Shown one piece after another: positions 14,515 through 27,995 of a stretch of 64,000 bases of DNA; the first letter of the stretch is position 1, and each line of letters begins with the position of its first letter. The stretch comes from Eledone cirrhosa. Lineage: Eukaryota. The position numbers were made by a program, and so were the translations under genes. The notes under the pieces are model-generated. The model was not told the origin of the DNA and searched no databases. It worked only from the letters and a program-made list of their open reading frames with translations. The stretch covers positions 187,984,001-188,048,000 of the forward strand of contig OZ024740.1 of assembly GCA_964016885.1 (NCBI GenBank), given 5' to 3'.

Positions 14515-16829
14515 CATATATATATATATGTGTGTGTGTGTTTCTGCTTGTGCGTGTGTGTGTTTCTGCTTCTGTGTGTGCATACATGTGTGTACGTGTA
14601 AATGCGTGGGTTTGTGTGCTCATATATGTGTATTTGATTAAACCCTGAAATTTCTTATTGAAATGGATATTACATTTTAGAGATATTATTGATATCTTTA
14701 CAGTTATTCTTTTTTATAAGCCTCTCTAATAGTCATGAATTATAATAGTATAGAGGGCTTTTGCAAGGTACGATATATCTACTATAATAATATATTTTCC
14801 CTTCAAGAGGGAGATTTAATACCTTTATATCTTCAGATTTAATGTCAAACATATTGCAAAGAAAAAAAATAAAACTAAGAAAACACACTAGTGTGTATTT
14901 AGTTTTGATATAAATAGAACCTATTTAATGAATAATCTTATAAATATTTACTTAAGAAACTTTCTTCTTAATTTCTTCTCAGAAGATGGCAATTATATCT
15001 TAAAGCAGACATTTGAAATTAATCTGTATCAGCTTTTAGCTGTCAATTGGTTTTTTTCGGATGTTCTAAAAAATTGCTTTACTCTCATCCGTTTTAATGA
15101 GAATCTATTTCAAGTGTGGATTGTTTACTCTTGAAAGAGTTTGAGAAAAGATTCATTTTTTTCTACTTCTTTTAATAGTTATTGTAATTTATCCTTGTGA
15201 GGAGATAAAGTACACAGATTAGTTGATTTCCCTTTCAAATGTCTTTATCATTGTTTTATATAAAGAGAAGAAATAATGTAAAAGAAATAGAAACATGAAA
15301 CAAGAAAGCCTGAAAATGTGAGTGTATATACAGGCAGTCAGCAGAATGAAGAGGCAGTGGCAAAAAAGTATTAATCAGAAAAACAAATCTAAGTATATTT
15401 ACATATATTTTATTATATCAGAAATGCCAAGGTGGAAGAAAATCTTGACGTTTCCACTTGCATCACTCTAAAAATGAATTAAATTGAATATAAATGCTAC
15501 TATTAATATCAATAAAGTCACACATTGATATATAAAATCAGATGTTATCAGAAGATATAGTGCAATTGCACTTATTTGAGTATGCAACTAGTATTTATTC
15601 CTTAGACCCCCCCCCCCCCAAAAAAAAAAAGGATGAATGGTAAATTCATCCAGTATTAATAATAAGGAATTCATATATTGAAATATGTCAATATCATCAT
15701 ATAATGTCTGTTCTCTCTACTAGCAAGGTCATCATCTACCAAGTAAGTACTCAATCAGAGCTACTAACATCTAAGGCAGACCCAGAGCCTGCTTCTTACA
15801 TATGTTCCTATGCTCTGTTGAGTGCACTGACAAATTTGCATCATGCTTACATATGTTGCCATTCTCTACCAAATGCGTTTTATCATGGAATCAGCACAAG
15901 GGAAGTTGTCATGTCTTTGACTTTGACATAGTTGTTCAGCAAGCTTTCTATGGCTGGATGCCCTTCCCAATACCAATTACATTAGAGACTGTTCTGGGTG
16001 TGTTTATTCTATAGGTCACCAATACTAGAGTGATAGTTGTGATCTTGACACAACTGAAGAGTCCTTTCAACCCTTTTTCACATAGTTTCTATATGAGAGT
16101 AAATAATGCTTATGGGAGTAAACAGATTGCTGTTGTCAATGAGGAAGCCTTTATGCAGTTGCTAGATATGCAAATAATAGCAAAAGAATCTCCTTCATAT
16201 TACATTCTATATTCTTCAGAATATAATAAAAAGAAAACAGATGGGGTGGTCACAGATGGAATGTATTTGATTATACATTTGTTCAATCAAGACTAATTTC
16301 AAGGTAAAAAACAATATATTGAGGATCGGAAATTACTCCATTATACTGGTTGTGTGTTTTATTTTAATGACTAAAAGCGACATAGTTTGAATTCAATTAG
16401 TCCTGTCTGTCTTTGATGCCAGAGATTAACAAATTGCAACTGTCTAAAAGGATTCTTGTTATTCATGTCATATATTGTTGGAAACTCCACTAAAAATTTC
16501 AAAGCTATTCTAATTATTTATTTGAAATGTTTGTGTAATTATTTCCATCATTGTCTTTCACTAATCAGTATTCTATCTCTGAAATCTCTAATTATCTTCG
16601 TATATTTTTACCTTTTTTTAAGATGTAGAAGGAAAACATAAACCAAACAAAATAAAATCTATTAAAGATAGTAATCTTTTAACATTACATAAGTATAAAT
16701 TTACAATCATAACATTATATATAAATATTAAGGTATCTCTCAGTTAATGAAACTAGTTTATATATTTGCTAGCAGAATACAAACAAGCTCAGCAACTCAT
16801 TAATTTATCCTCTAAAATTATGTTTTTCT

Positions 16830-17180
16830 TCTTCAACCATTTATTCCTGGTAGGGTTGTGGGGTTAGAGTCCTCAAACACTCCTTTCTGCAAGTAGTATC
16901 TGAAGCAACCATTTCTAATTGATCTGGTTGGATCCCCAAGTGTAACTAACCAAGCTAATGAATGTTATTTACATATCTTGCTCTGGGTCTCTTACTGGTT
17001 GGGTTTTGCCTGTAAAATCTGTCCAGTGATTCTTTCCAGAGACATTCAATCAACATGCCCTTAGTGTTGGGGCTGTGATCTCTCAATTCAGAGAAGTAGT
17101 GGCTCCACCTGAAGCTCCTCTATCAAGTATTTTCATTCCAAAGACCATTTGGAGGAAACAAATATCAGTTGCTTCTATTC
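16830..17180 (-). mobile_element. Decayed RTE-clade LINE 3' fragment
   Basis: Minus-strand reading LQVEPLLL*IERSQ...GHV..MSLER. Same family as 200-400 and 35380-35560. Confidence 0.5.
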
Positions 17181-17409
17181 GCAATTTAGCTCAAAAGATA
17201 TTTTAATTTGAAAGAAAACATTAATGCATGCATGGTTCTATAACTCCTCAGGGAGTCATAAGGGTGCCATATTGACATATGGCATTTCTAGGGCATTTTT
17301 TAAACCTGACGGAGCCCATGACCTCTCTAGGTTTGAATACAACAGATTACTTCCAGAGTATGATACAGAGTGAGATAATGCAAGTGAGGAGATATAAGAA
17401 AGAACCGAA

Positions 17410-17500
17410 CCCAGTACTTAACTGGTACTTTTTTTATCAACCTTGAATGGGTGAAAAGCAAAGCTGACCTTAGTGGGATTTGAACTCAGAGAGCCAAAAT
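17410..17500 (-). mobile_element. SINE family B, degenerate
   Basis: ctggtactttttttatcaacc...gaaaagcaaagctgacc...gggatttgaactcaga. Confidence 0.65.
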
Positions 17501-18205
17501 GATTGGTGCAAAACATTCTATCTGATGTTCTGAAACATTAATAAGTTCAGTCATATGTTGTATCATTTCCAGAAGTTACTCTACGTTACCTGTAAAATGC
17601 TGGTTAATTTGGGGAGTATCTATTTATCATTATGAGAGACAGTAAGCAAAGATAAGAAATTGTATGAATATATAAATAGAAATAAATAAATATATGAAAT
17701 ATGAAATGGGAACTTAGGATCTCAGTATCCAGCATGTTCAATTTGAAAATAATAGTGTATATCTTTAAGAAGAATTGGCTGCTATTTGCAGCAGAATGAG
17801 TAGACTCTTTTGTCAGCCCAGGATATCTATTTTAGGCGTACTTGTGGAGGTTGTATGCATCTAGCTAGTTCAGAAGTTCAGGGGCTATATCCAGAGGGAT
17901 AAAATCAAAAGAGAGGAGAAACAACATGTTTGTAAAGAAGAGGTTGTTCTGTTTTGGTGAGGGTTTATTTGCCAATCAGTCAAATGTTTTCTTTTTTAGT
18001 GTTTAGTAGTAGTACTATTGCAAATGTGCAAGTGGTACTTACTTTTAGGCCTTACTTGGACTTTATAGAGAATCAGTCATTAATCAAAGCTGTAATCAGC
18101 TTTGAAGAATAAGGCAAGATTAGGGATAGAGTTGTGTTTGTTTCTTCATGTTGTGTGCATATGGGTGTTTGTTTATACTTGTGTTCGTATATATATATAT
18201 ATATA

Positions 18206-18650
18206 TGAAGGCACATGGCTCAGGGGTTAGAGCATTGGGCTTGCAATCGAAAGGTTGTGAGTTCAATTCTCAGACCGGGTGATGTGTTGTTTCCTTGAGA
18301 AAGACACTTTATTTCACATTGCTCCAGTTTACTCAGCTGTAGAAATGAGATGATAGGACAGGGTCTCTATCGTTCCACTGCAAAGTGGTCGTGGAGGTGC
18401 CACGGCAAAAAGAACACCCAGCCCACACTGTAAAGTGGGCGTGTAGGCGCCACAGAAAAAAAGCACCCAGCACACACTGTAAATGAGATTTGAGTTAGGA
18501 AGGGCATCCAGCTGTAGAAATCAAGTCAGAATCAGTTCCTGTATGAGCAAGACAAGGTCAGCCAACCAGACACTGCCGACAACAGGACAACCCGTCTAAC
18601 CCATGCTAGCATGGAAGAACGGACGTAAAACGGTGATGATGATGATGATG

Positions 18651-18652
<2 letters not shown>
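18206..18652 (+). mobile_element. Full-length tRNA-derived SINE, family A
   Basis: A box (tggctcaggggtt), B box (gagttcaattct), internal tandem modules, RTE-like tail ending in (gat)n. Confidence 0.9.
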
Positions 18653-18681
<29 letters not shown>

Positions 18682-18739
18682 TGCACGTGCATTTGTGTGT
18701 GTGTGGCAGGGCTGAAAATTTAAGATGTTCACACTTCAA

Positions 18740-18883
18740 CGAAAAAAAACCACCCAGCACTCACTGTAAATGAGGTTGGTGTTAGGGAGGGCATCCAGCT
18801 GTAGAAATCAAGCCAGAATCACTTCCCGTCCCACTCTTGCAAGCAGGGAAAAGCGGATGTAAAATGAGGACGATGATGATGAT
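18740..18883 (+). mobile_element. SINE family A, 3' fragment
   Basis: gagggcatccagctgtagaaatc...cttgcaagcagggaaaagcggatgtaaaatgaggacgatgatg. Confidence 0.8.
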
Positions 18884-19116
18884 ATATATATATTATATAT
18901 ATGGATATAGATATATATGAATATGTATCTGTATGTATATATATATATATGAATATATATATATATATATAGAGGGGGAAGACACAGAAGAGTGTGTTGT
19001 TCATTACAGGAATTTCAAAACACCAGCGTGAAGATAATATAAGCTACTAGAGGCATTAGTAAAACATTAAAATTAAAAGTATAAATTGAAATGAGAAACC
19101 ATCCTCACCTAAATCA

Positions 19117-19194
19117 CACATGTACACACTCACCAGGAGCATGTTTCGCCATTTTAGTGGGTTCCAATACTACCGGGTGGGTCATCAGCATGTG
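19117..19194 (-). ncRNA. Type I hammerhead ribozyme (mirror copy)
   Basis: Minus strand: CACATG-CTGATGA-...-GAAA-CATGCTC ctggt GAGTGTG-TA-CATGTG. Confidence 0.8.
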
Positions 19195-19362
19195 GGAATC
19201 CAATATTGTCCGCACTACTAGAAGGAACTAAAGTAAACCACCCTTCGCCCGTGTAGACATAAGAGAAATGTCTACACATGTCTAGACATTCCTCTTATAT
19301 CTACACGTGCAAAGGGTGGTTTACTTATGTCCCCTCTAGTAGTGCGGACAATATCGACCTTC

Positions 19363-19440
19363 CACATGCTGATGATCCACCGGGCTGTATCAGAACCCAC
19401 TAAAATGGTGAAACATACTCCTGGTGAGTGTGTACATGTG
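19363..19440 (+). ncRNA. Type I hammerhead ribozyme
   Basis: Stem I CACATG/CATGTG; core CTGATGA 19369-19375; GAAA 19410-19413; stem III ACATACTC/GAGTGTGT; GUA cleavage triplet ending at 19434. Confidence 0.85.
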
Positions 19441-19688
19441 TGATTTAGGTGAGGATGGTTTCTCATTTCAATTTATACTTTTAATTTTAACGTTTTACCA
19501 ATGCTTCTAGTAGCTTATATTAATTCACGCTGGTGGTTTGAAATTCCTGTAATGAAAAACACATTCTCCTGTGTCTTTCCCCTCTATATATTGTATTTTA
19601 AAGTGCCCAGGAAAACTATTTCCTTTGAGCTCATTTAATTACAGGATTATACGCGAGTCTTTTGCTCCGTTATTTTTACTATTTATAT

Positions 19689-19719
<31 letters not shown>

Positions 19720-19809
19720 GGTGCCTATATATATATATATTAATTTATTAAAATAACAGATTAAAGTTTAAGCAAAGAATCGCTGCTTTCACCCTTAACG
19801 TGATCTATA

Positions 19810-20000
19810 ATAATTGTTTCTACTTTAGGCACAAGGGCTACAATTACCTCAGTACACTACTGGTGCTTTATTTTATCGACCCTATAAGCATGAATGGCAA
19901 AGTTAACCTCAGCAGGATGTGAACTCGGACCGTAAAGGGGCGTAACTCTAGGTTGCAAAGCATGGCGTCTGACCCTCTACTGACCTCTATTGCCAATCCA
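19810..20000 (-). mobile_element. SINE family B
   Basis: ttttatcgaccc...ggcaaagttaacctcagcaggatgtgaactcggacc. Confidence 0.8.
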
Positions 20001-21399
20001 ATTATTCTAAATTTCATGATTAGAATTGAGTTAAAATAGCCTTACATCAGTGTGGTGCATACATAGGCTGTTAGTGTAGAATTTATGACTGCATAGAGTA
20101 AAGATAACAAGATAACATATGGTGTTGCTGAAATAATATTTATTATCAAATATTTATTATGTAATTTCTTTTACATTTCTTTTTCTAATGTTATTATTGA
20201 GTACAGTAAGTGTGTAGTTGAATAATTAATTTTTTCCTCAATAGAAATATGTTAATATAATATACTTATCAGTATATGAATTATAAAGTATTCTTAAGAT
20301 TAAGGTAAAAAATGGAAATATGTTGGAGAGGAGCCATTTTGAAGAATCTATGAATCTATACAACCAATGGTAACACAGCAAAATGTTGATGGAGAAAAGA
20401 CGATAATATTGATATAAATTTTCAGTTTTATGAATTCTCTACAAGATAGACTACAAATCAATGTACATCAGTGGATAATAGTTATCTAGTACACAGTGGT
20501 TGTTTTAAGATTCTAAGTAATGGATATTGTAAGAGACATTTTTTGGACTATATTTTATGAAGATTCCCCTCACAAAGAAATTGTTTTGTTCTTTTTTGCG
20601 TTTTTCACTAACATATATGCTCTTAACACTTATTGCCTACTGTTTAGTTTCTTCAACTTTTTCAATTTCTCTCATAAAATTTGGACCTTTTTTATATTAA
20701 GTAAAACCAAGAGAATTTCCAACTTTTCTCCTACTTATACAATTTAGTTCATTTTAATTATCCATTACTTTAGCACAAATCAATATTAACCAAATGTTTG
20801 CAAATGAAGTATCATTTGACTAGTAGCTTGGCAAAGAACACAATTTGAATTTTCTTTAAACTAAAACAAAAATAAAGTTAATATCCATTTCACTTTGAAC
20901 TGAATAAATTATATGTTTATTTCAAAATAGAATATCATTGAATCATTCGTGTGGTTATCTCAATTTAAACTTAAAGATTGTTCCATGTATCTGATTAAAA
21001 TACACTTCTCAAACACAAATTGCAAATTTGTCAGACAGAGGTGTCCAGAAAAAAGTGAAAAAACATGACAAATATTTATTTACTATATCATGGAGTCATT
21101 TTAAATGTATTTTATGATTAGTATCTTTTGTTATTTTTACTTTTCTGACTTGGACTATAGATTCTAATTTGTCATAAAACTCATCCTGCTTCTTCAAAAT
21201 ATTTTGTACCCACTCTTATATATTTGATTGAATTTATGAGAACACTATTGTATTATCTAAAGAGCATACAATATAATTATTTATTGATAAATGTGTATCA
21301 GTTTTCCTTTTAATTATACAACATATTTCAATTGCTATCAAACCCCACCTTCATGTATTTCATGAATTTCCATGCAGTGGACATGCACAGTAACACTGA

Positions 21400-22750
21400 T
21401 ACCACCATGACAATAAAAGGTCCTATTAAGATCTGATAGTAATGACTTTCAGATAACATAAAGGCTACTAAAAATAGTCTGTGATTCTGTGAGATGTGTT
21501 ATTATACCCTTTTCTGTAAAGGTGATGTTGCTTTCGGTGGACAAAGTAGTTGAACAATTTTAGAGGGTTTTGTTTGATTTTGCTTATTGAGCACTTCCAA
21601 TGGTAGCAAATTTATTCAGTCTTTGAGGCATTGACATAAAGACCAATATCTTCTGCCATTTTTCAAGGTTATACATAAAGGCAATAGATTCTGATATTGT
21701 GTTTTAGAAGAGATCAATATCATTAACATAACCAGCATCCATTATTTTGGGTAATAGATAGGGAGGGCTAGATATTGTTAGAGTGAAGCCAAGGTTTCTA
21801 ATTTTATCAATTACTTTCCATATCATTTATCAATTAAAGTACAAAAGATGTAATCCAGGCAGATAGTAAACAAGAAGTGGGCAAGCATACTGCTTTGCAA
21901 AATGTTTGCATTGTTGTTGAATAAATGGGTATTTCCATCAAGGGATCATACTGTAGCTCTTGTAATATTACAGAGCATCATAACTGTCGCTACTATTTAT
22001 TATGGTATCCCATATGTAAGAAGAATTTTCTCCATTTTATCTCAGTGAACAATCTTTTCAAAAATCCGCAAACATTCTTCTGACAGTTAATATCTGTCCA
22101 ACAGTAGACCATTTTTTTCTAAATCTATTTTAGTTACTACAGAAAACCTTCTCAGCTTCTGGCATTATATGCTTCAGCAACAATTTGTTGTAGATTTTTG
22201 TTGCTGCTGCTGTCAGAGTAATCTCTGTATGTTTTAGTCATACTTAAATTACCTCCCATTGGGAAAATTAGAGAATCGACCTTCAGTCCATATTTCAAAT
22301 AGGTTTTCGTTGTATACTGCATTACAAAATTGAATGTCAATATTGTTGATTGAATGTCAATACTGTCTTCCAAACCTCTTGCCATGTATTATCAGGGCCA
22401 ACTGCCTTTCCATCCCATGTCCTTTTCAGTATAGCAATGAGTGCATTTAATGTGGAATCTCCAAGTTTGATATTGTGCCCATGTTTAATAGTTGTTACTA
22501 TAGATCCAAATGACACTGTTGGGATTACTAAACAGGTTCTGGAAATGCTCACTCCACTTGTTTAGTTTTTCCTGCAGATTGTGGCTTTTAGCCTCAACAA
22601 TGTTTTTCCTGCCACTAACTTCATTGACAGTTTACCATGTCAAGGAGGATTGTTTGCTTACTGCTGCTTGTGCAATCAAGCCTATTTTACTTTCAATATA
22701 TTTCTATTGTTCTGCTTCATAGATAGAGATACGATCTAGCTTAGCTTTTT
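21400..22750 (-). mobile_element. Heavily decayed non-LTR retrotransposon RT region
   Basis: 'GKAVGPDN..EVWK' and 'IFPMGGNLSMTKTYR' (the KA.GPD and PK.GDL...NYR motifs upstream of LINE RT), with many stops. Boundaries are rough. Confidence 0.55.
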
Positions 22751-25722
22751 TTAATTAAGTATATCTGTTTGTGAAGGTTTAGTTGACTTTAAATAGGCAG
22801 CACTCTTTAACTACTTATATTGTACAGTAATTGCTTCAAACACCTATGGAACTTGTCATTTGATTTTAGTCCTAATATAAAAGGAGCCTAAGATAACAAC
22901 TACAATTATTCAAAGACAGTTACAATCACAGGACATTGCTGGAGAAGCAAGCAGGAAGTTATTCACAACCTACTATTGTAAGAACCAACTGAAGGGAGCT
23001 ACAGTAAAGGAAGTCCTGCTCAAAACTTCAGCAATCAACTTTCAGATGATACAAACCTCAGTAGGGAGCAGTTGTCAGGTGCAATGGAAAATCATGAATT
23101 GTTGAGAGAGGAATGTTTGACCATGGTCGCAATGATGATGATAATAGAAAATTGCAACCATATTAGAATTACGCTCATACAGTGAATATACTATGTAGAT
23201 GTAGACAAATGTTATGTATCAGATTAAAAATGTTCACCATCCTGCACCAACATTCTACAAACAACCCTATACTTTCTGCCTGTTTTATCACAACTACAAT
23301 ATGTCAATTTCCTCTTGTCTAATGAGCTGACTATCCTCTGATGTATGTACTACTTTCTTGTAATCATTACTGTGAATGATCAAAACAAACATTGTATTAA
23401 ACACTTTGTATTCATTACTGCTTGGTGGAGAAGGATTTAACACTTTAACATCTTCATTTCCTTTGTATTTAAGTACAGGCATCGTCTGTCTCCAATTCAT
23501 GGGCCTGAAGCAATTGAGTACTATCTCTAAGCACTATCCATTTTTCTAGACTGAATGAAAACAAATAGTTTTTCAGTATCATAACATATAACTGAATTAA
23601 GACATGTTTGCACTGATTGAAATTCATGATAAAGTAAAATGGTTAATATCTCTTTTCTTGTGAAACATTTCTCATTGCATAATTCAATAGAATTCTTTAT
23701 TGACAAACATGAATTTTTATATTTCTCACAAGAATATATTTTATGATGATCCTTATATTCATTCCAATCTAAGGCAAACAGTCTCTCAGTCACTGAAAAT
23801 ACTCAAGATATTGATTATAGGTTTCATTACAAGGTACTCAGCATTTAGCCTATTCAATATTTAAAACCCTAAATACAATTCCAAAGATGTTTTATATTCA
23901 CTTCAAATTTATAGGCTTTTATGATAGTATTTTTATGAGAGTATTCACAGTAGGGTGAAACAAAACATTTATGTAAAACATAAAACATTTTCTTTAACTT
24001 CATTAATTAAAATGAACAATTTTTGTTTAATGACATCTGCAAAACCTCCAAGCCAAGAAAGAAAATGTTAACACATGCAAATTTGTTTGGGATATATTTC
24101 TTTAAATATCAGTAGACAAATAGTCTACTCTAAGTTTTTCTTCAAATAATTACCTTTTGCTTGAATGAGCAATAAAAATCAATTACATATTTAAGTCTCA
24201 TTAATCCAATGGTAGTATTAGGATGTAAATAAACTTGCATAGAGAGAAAAATATTGCCTGAAGTATCATAAAATATATAAATAGAAAACTGGATTTAAGA
24301 CTTAAGTGTTCACTAATTTCTAAATATTCTTTATATATTGATATATATATATATATATCATCAACATTATCATCATAATTTTATGTCCATCATTCCATGC
24401 TTGCATGTATTGGACAGATCCTTCTCAGTACAGTATTTCTCCACTTGTCATGTTCCTTTGTCATCTCCACTTCCACCACTTCCATCCAGGTCTTCCTTGA
24501 GCTTCTTCTACTTTGGCTACCTTCCAGTGGGATTATTCAGCACTTCTTCAGCCATGTACATCACATCTCCATACTAATGCAGTCTCCTCTCTTGCTCTCT
24601 CTATATATGTGTGTCTCATTTACTGAACATCTAAGTTTATATTTGCAAATATAGTTCAGTTTTTATTATTTGGTTCATTTTTGTTTTGTTTTAATCATTG
24701 CAGGCAGCTAAGACATATGTTAGGGTACCGCCTTTGTGATAGGCAACAGGTACGAAACATATCTATACATCCTTTGTATATTGATTTTTGTAGAAAAAGT
24801 AGAAGGTTCAATTAAACCCATTCACCTAATCTTTAACTATCTATTTTACTATTAACTTTGGTGAGCATCTGGGGGTGTATTTAAGCAACCATTTAGTGCT
24901 ACGATGAAAGGTGCAAGAAAAATATCTTTTGGTATTGCATAAATTACAAGAGATTTTATTGATAATATAACATAACATTAATAGCAATCATTTATTAACT
25001 TTTCTTTCAAACATGTGAATGCTAAAGGACTGGTTGCCTGAGATGCCAAATCTCTATATTTATGGTACTTGTCAAATACTTTAGCTATGTCTCAGTCAAT
25101 TCGATTAGTATTTCAATTGATTTTTTAAAATAATCAATAATTTGGGGGCATTCAGTAAAATAACTTATTTAAAAAAATATTATGATGGTGTTTGCAACAA
25201 AATGTTTTCATATAAAATTATGATGAAAAAGTTTTAATTTAAATACTTTTAATTTAAGAACTAGAAATTGTCTCAGATGTATTGGTATCAAAAGCATTAA
25301 ACAGTCTAACTGCAAAATACAAAACAATTTCATTGAATACCATTGGCGAAATTGTCACTTTCTAGAAACTAACAATTTTATACATAGATTAGTCCATTCA
25401 GTTTTTTAATTACATCTGAAATGAATGTAGGAGTGTTTAAATTTACTTCTCTAATGAGGGCTACTGCTCAGAATGTCATATTTCTCTTCTTAACAGCAAA
25501 ATAACTCCATTTCATGAAATTTTAATGCTTATTATTTGCTGACACAGACTACAATTTTGATTTCCTTGGTTTCTAGTTTTATTTCTAATTATTCACCTGT
25601 GTACTGTAGTCTTCATTGTGAGTTGGTGTGAGAGGTTTTTCAACATCCAGTAAGAATGTGTTTACTTCAAATGGTGTGCTGAGATGTGTGTGAAATACTA
25701 CCTATCCCTAGAGCAGTTATGG

Positions 25723-26108
25723 AAAACATACAATAATTATGGGGTGATAGTTTGCTTGAAGCATAGTGGAATATGAAAATAAAAAGTGAGTATGTTTAGA
25801 AAGCCGCACAATTCATTTTGATTAGAATTAAGAGACATGAGGTAGAAAGAAACGGGTGAGAAAAGGAAAATAAAAACAGATAACAGAAAGAATGACTGAA
25901 AGTTACCTTAGCAATTTATTTGTCTCAATATTTTTCGGATTTGCCATCCATTCCTTCTCCCACATTCTACCTTTTATTTCTCACTTACCTTCTGACTTGG
26001 TATTTCTAACCCACTTGCATTGTGCAGCTTTCTAAACATACCCACTATTCATTTTCATATTCCACTATCCTTCAAGTAAACTATCAGACCATAATTTTTG
26101 TATGTTTT
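25723..26108. repeat. Old foldback: ~90 bp imperfect inverted repeats (25723-25812, 26019-26108) with ~205 bp spacer
   Basis: gatagtttgcttgaagcatagtggaatatgaaaat pairs with attttcatattccactatccttcaagtaaactatc. Confidence 0.85.
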
Positions 26109-26809
26109 ATCCTGGTTGTTCATAAGATTTATTGCTAGAAGAGATTTTATAGAGAGTTGAGGAGTGCTAGGATTTCTAGTTTGTTTAACTTGAAACATCT
26201 TAATTTGTTGTTTAACTTCTCAAATCAAGAGAAAATTGAAGTCACCAACAACCATTTTTGGCTGGAGTTTAAATGTTCACAGACCTTTTGGTCCTGGCAT
26301 TGCTCAAAGCAATTCTGATATAAAACTGAATGAGAAGATTGATATGATGTCTGTTGCTAGGCTAAGCTAAACTGAGATATAAAAACAAGTAGACTCCCAC
26401 ACACATGATCAAATAGGAATGAATCACATATTTTGTGTGAAGTCTTGTCATAAATATAGTGTTATTTCTCCATGTTTGCTAATCATACAGACAGCCATGT
26501 ATAAGCATTCACCAGTTGTTAAATCCAAGCAAAGCTGTATTTCACCAATGGCTACGTCTGTTTATATAAGGCTTTGAGCATTTATGTATAATAATGAATA
26601 CAAGTTTTAGGTTGTAGAAGAGGAGGTGGTGACATTAGGTTTTATGACATTGATTGTATTCATTTGCATGTGCTGTAGCATATTGGATTGATGGATGTGG
26701 GTGTTTTGTATTTCATTTTCTTCAGGTGATGGTCTCTATCCACACAAAATATTTTGGGAAATGCCTGTGAAATATTATCTCTTTTTCACTACTCTTCTCT
26801 CTCTGGTTT

Positions 26810-26869
<60 letters not shown>

Positions 26870-26872
<3 letters not shown>

Positions 26873-26988
26873 GGTGTGGACGACATTTGTTCGCAATTTT
26901 CAACTGCTAATTTTATGTAAAATTTGTTTACCTCCGTTGTCACTCTTGTCTTCATAAAAACAGTGACTATATTTCCATTGTCTGCACC

Positions 26989-26991
<3 letters not shown>
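26870..26991. mobile_element. Tc1/mariner-type MITE (122 bp) in a (TA)n tract
   Basis: TA|CAGGGTGTGGAC ... GTCTGCACCCTG|TA. Confidence 0.75.
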
Positions 26992-27029
<38 letters not shown>

Positions 27030-27342
27030 GGGTGGTGTGTTAATTTGTGTAGTGCATGCAGTTTAGAGCAAGATAAGAAGTGTCAGCTGTAGGGAGCTGA
27101 AAGGGAGAAGTTAGAATATAATAATCTACAATAAACAAGATAAAACTTGTTTGAAAAACAGTATACATTTTGTGTTTTATTGTTTGTTTATGTGAAGGTA
27201 GAGTTGTAGAAAGATGAGTGTGTTAGAACTGATAGTGTTAGGATTGGAAACAGGATTAAGATTAGTATAGTTGCTGTGAACGATCTTATAGCTACAGTCT
27301 ACAAGACTTTTTGCTGGGTTTGTATATCCCACTTGATAGATG

Positions 27343-27409
<67 letters not shown>

Positions 27410-27690
27410 TATATTTATTTATTTATTTATTTATTTATTGAGGAGTAAAGATTTATTGTTTGTTATCCTGTTGACATAGGAACTAGAACAACCATTCATT
27501 TGTATGGACAAGTTGGCAGCAATTGTTTGTATATATTTTCTTTTTGTTAGGTACTTATATAACCTTAGATGAAACTCTCTGTGCCAGATACCATGAATAT
27601 AAAGTCAACACAGCTAGATTCTGACTGTATGTATATTTAGGATGTAAAGGGAAACCCCAAATATATTTTCTCTTAGCTGTATTATTGATA

Positions 27691-27995
27691 CTAGCAGAAA
27701 AACCACCCTTCGGGTGGTTTTCTGCTAGCAAGTGTAGTGTGTATATTGATATTATACACAAGTATATATACATGTAGATATGATACATCAAATAAAATCG
27801 TAATTGACAATATAAACAGAAATTGAACGAAGACGTTGTTACACTGTCTTATGTAATCAGTAACGTAATCCATGATACATTAAAAAAAGACGATATTATA
27901 TATAAACTGCATTAGGAGAAAATTAGTATGTTTATTTAAGTGATCGCCACCGGAAGTGTTGACATCACACACTCTCTCTTTCTATATATATATAT
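27691..27995 (-). mobile_element. Probable non-autonomous Helitron-like element
   Basis: The minus-strand end has a GC-rich hairpin (ccacccttcgggtgg) followed by CTAG|T at 27691. The other end reads (TA)n-gaaagagagag. Confidence 0.5.

Larger units (their letters stand above)
18965..19690. mobile_element. ORF-less foldback element: ~310 bp inverted arms with no spacer (centre 19278/19279) plus a ~100 bp right-hand extension, in (TA)n
   Basis: agagggggaagacacag... pairs with ...ctgtgtctttcccctct. Each arm carries a hammerhead motif. TA repeats lie on both sides. Confidence 0.9.

Noticed and set aside
18206-18280. tRNA genes at SINE heads
   Set aside because: A/B boxes are present but run into SINE bodies, with no complete cloverleaf.
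23230-23800. Two adjacent minus-strand ORFs as a gene or transposase relic
   Set aside because: No recognisable domain and no clear splice signals.
27691-27728. Rho-independent terminator
   Set aside because: The context is eukaryotic; it is better explained as a Helitron-type end hairpin.
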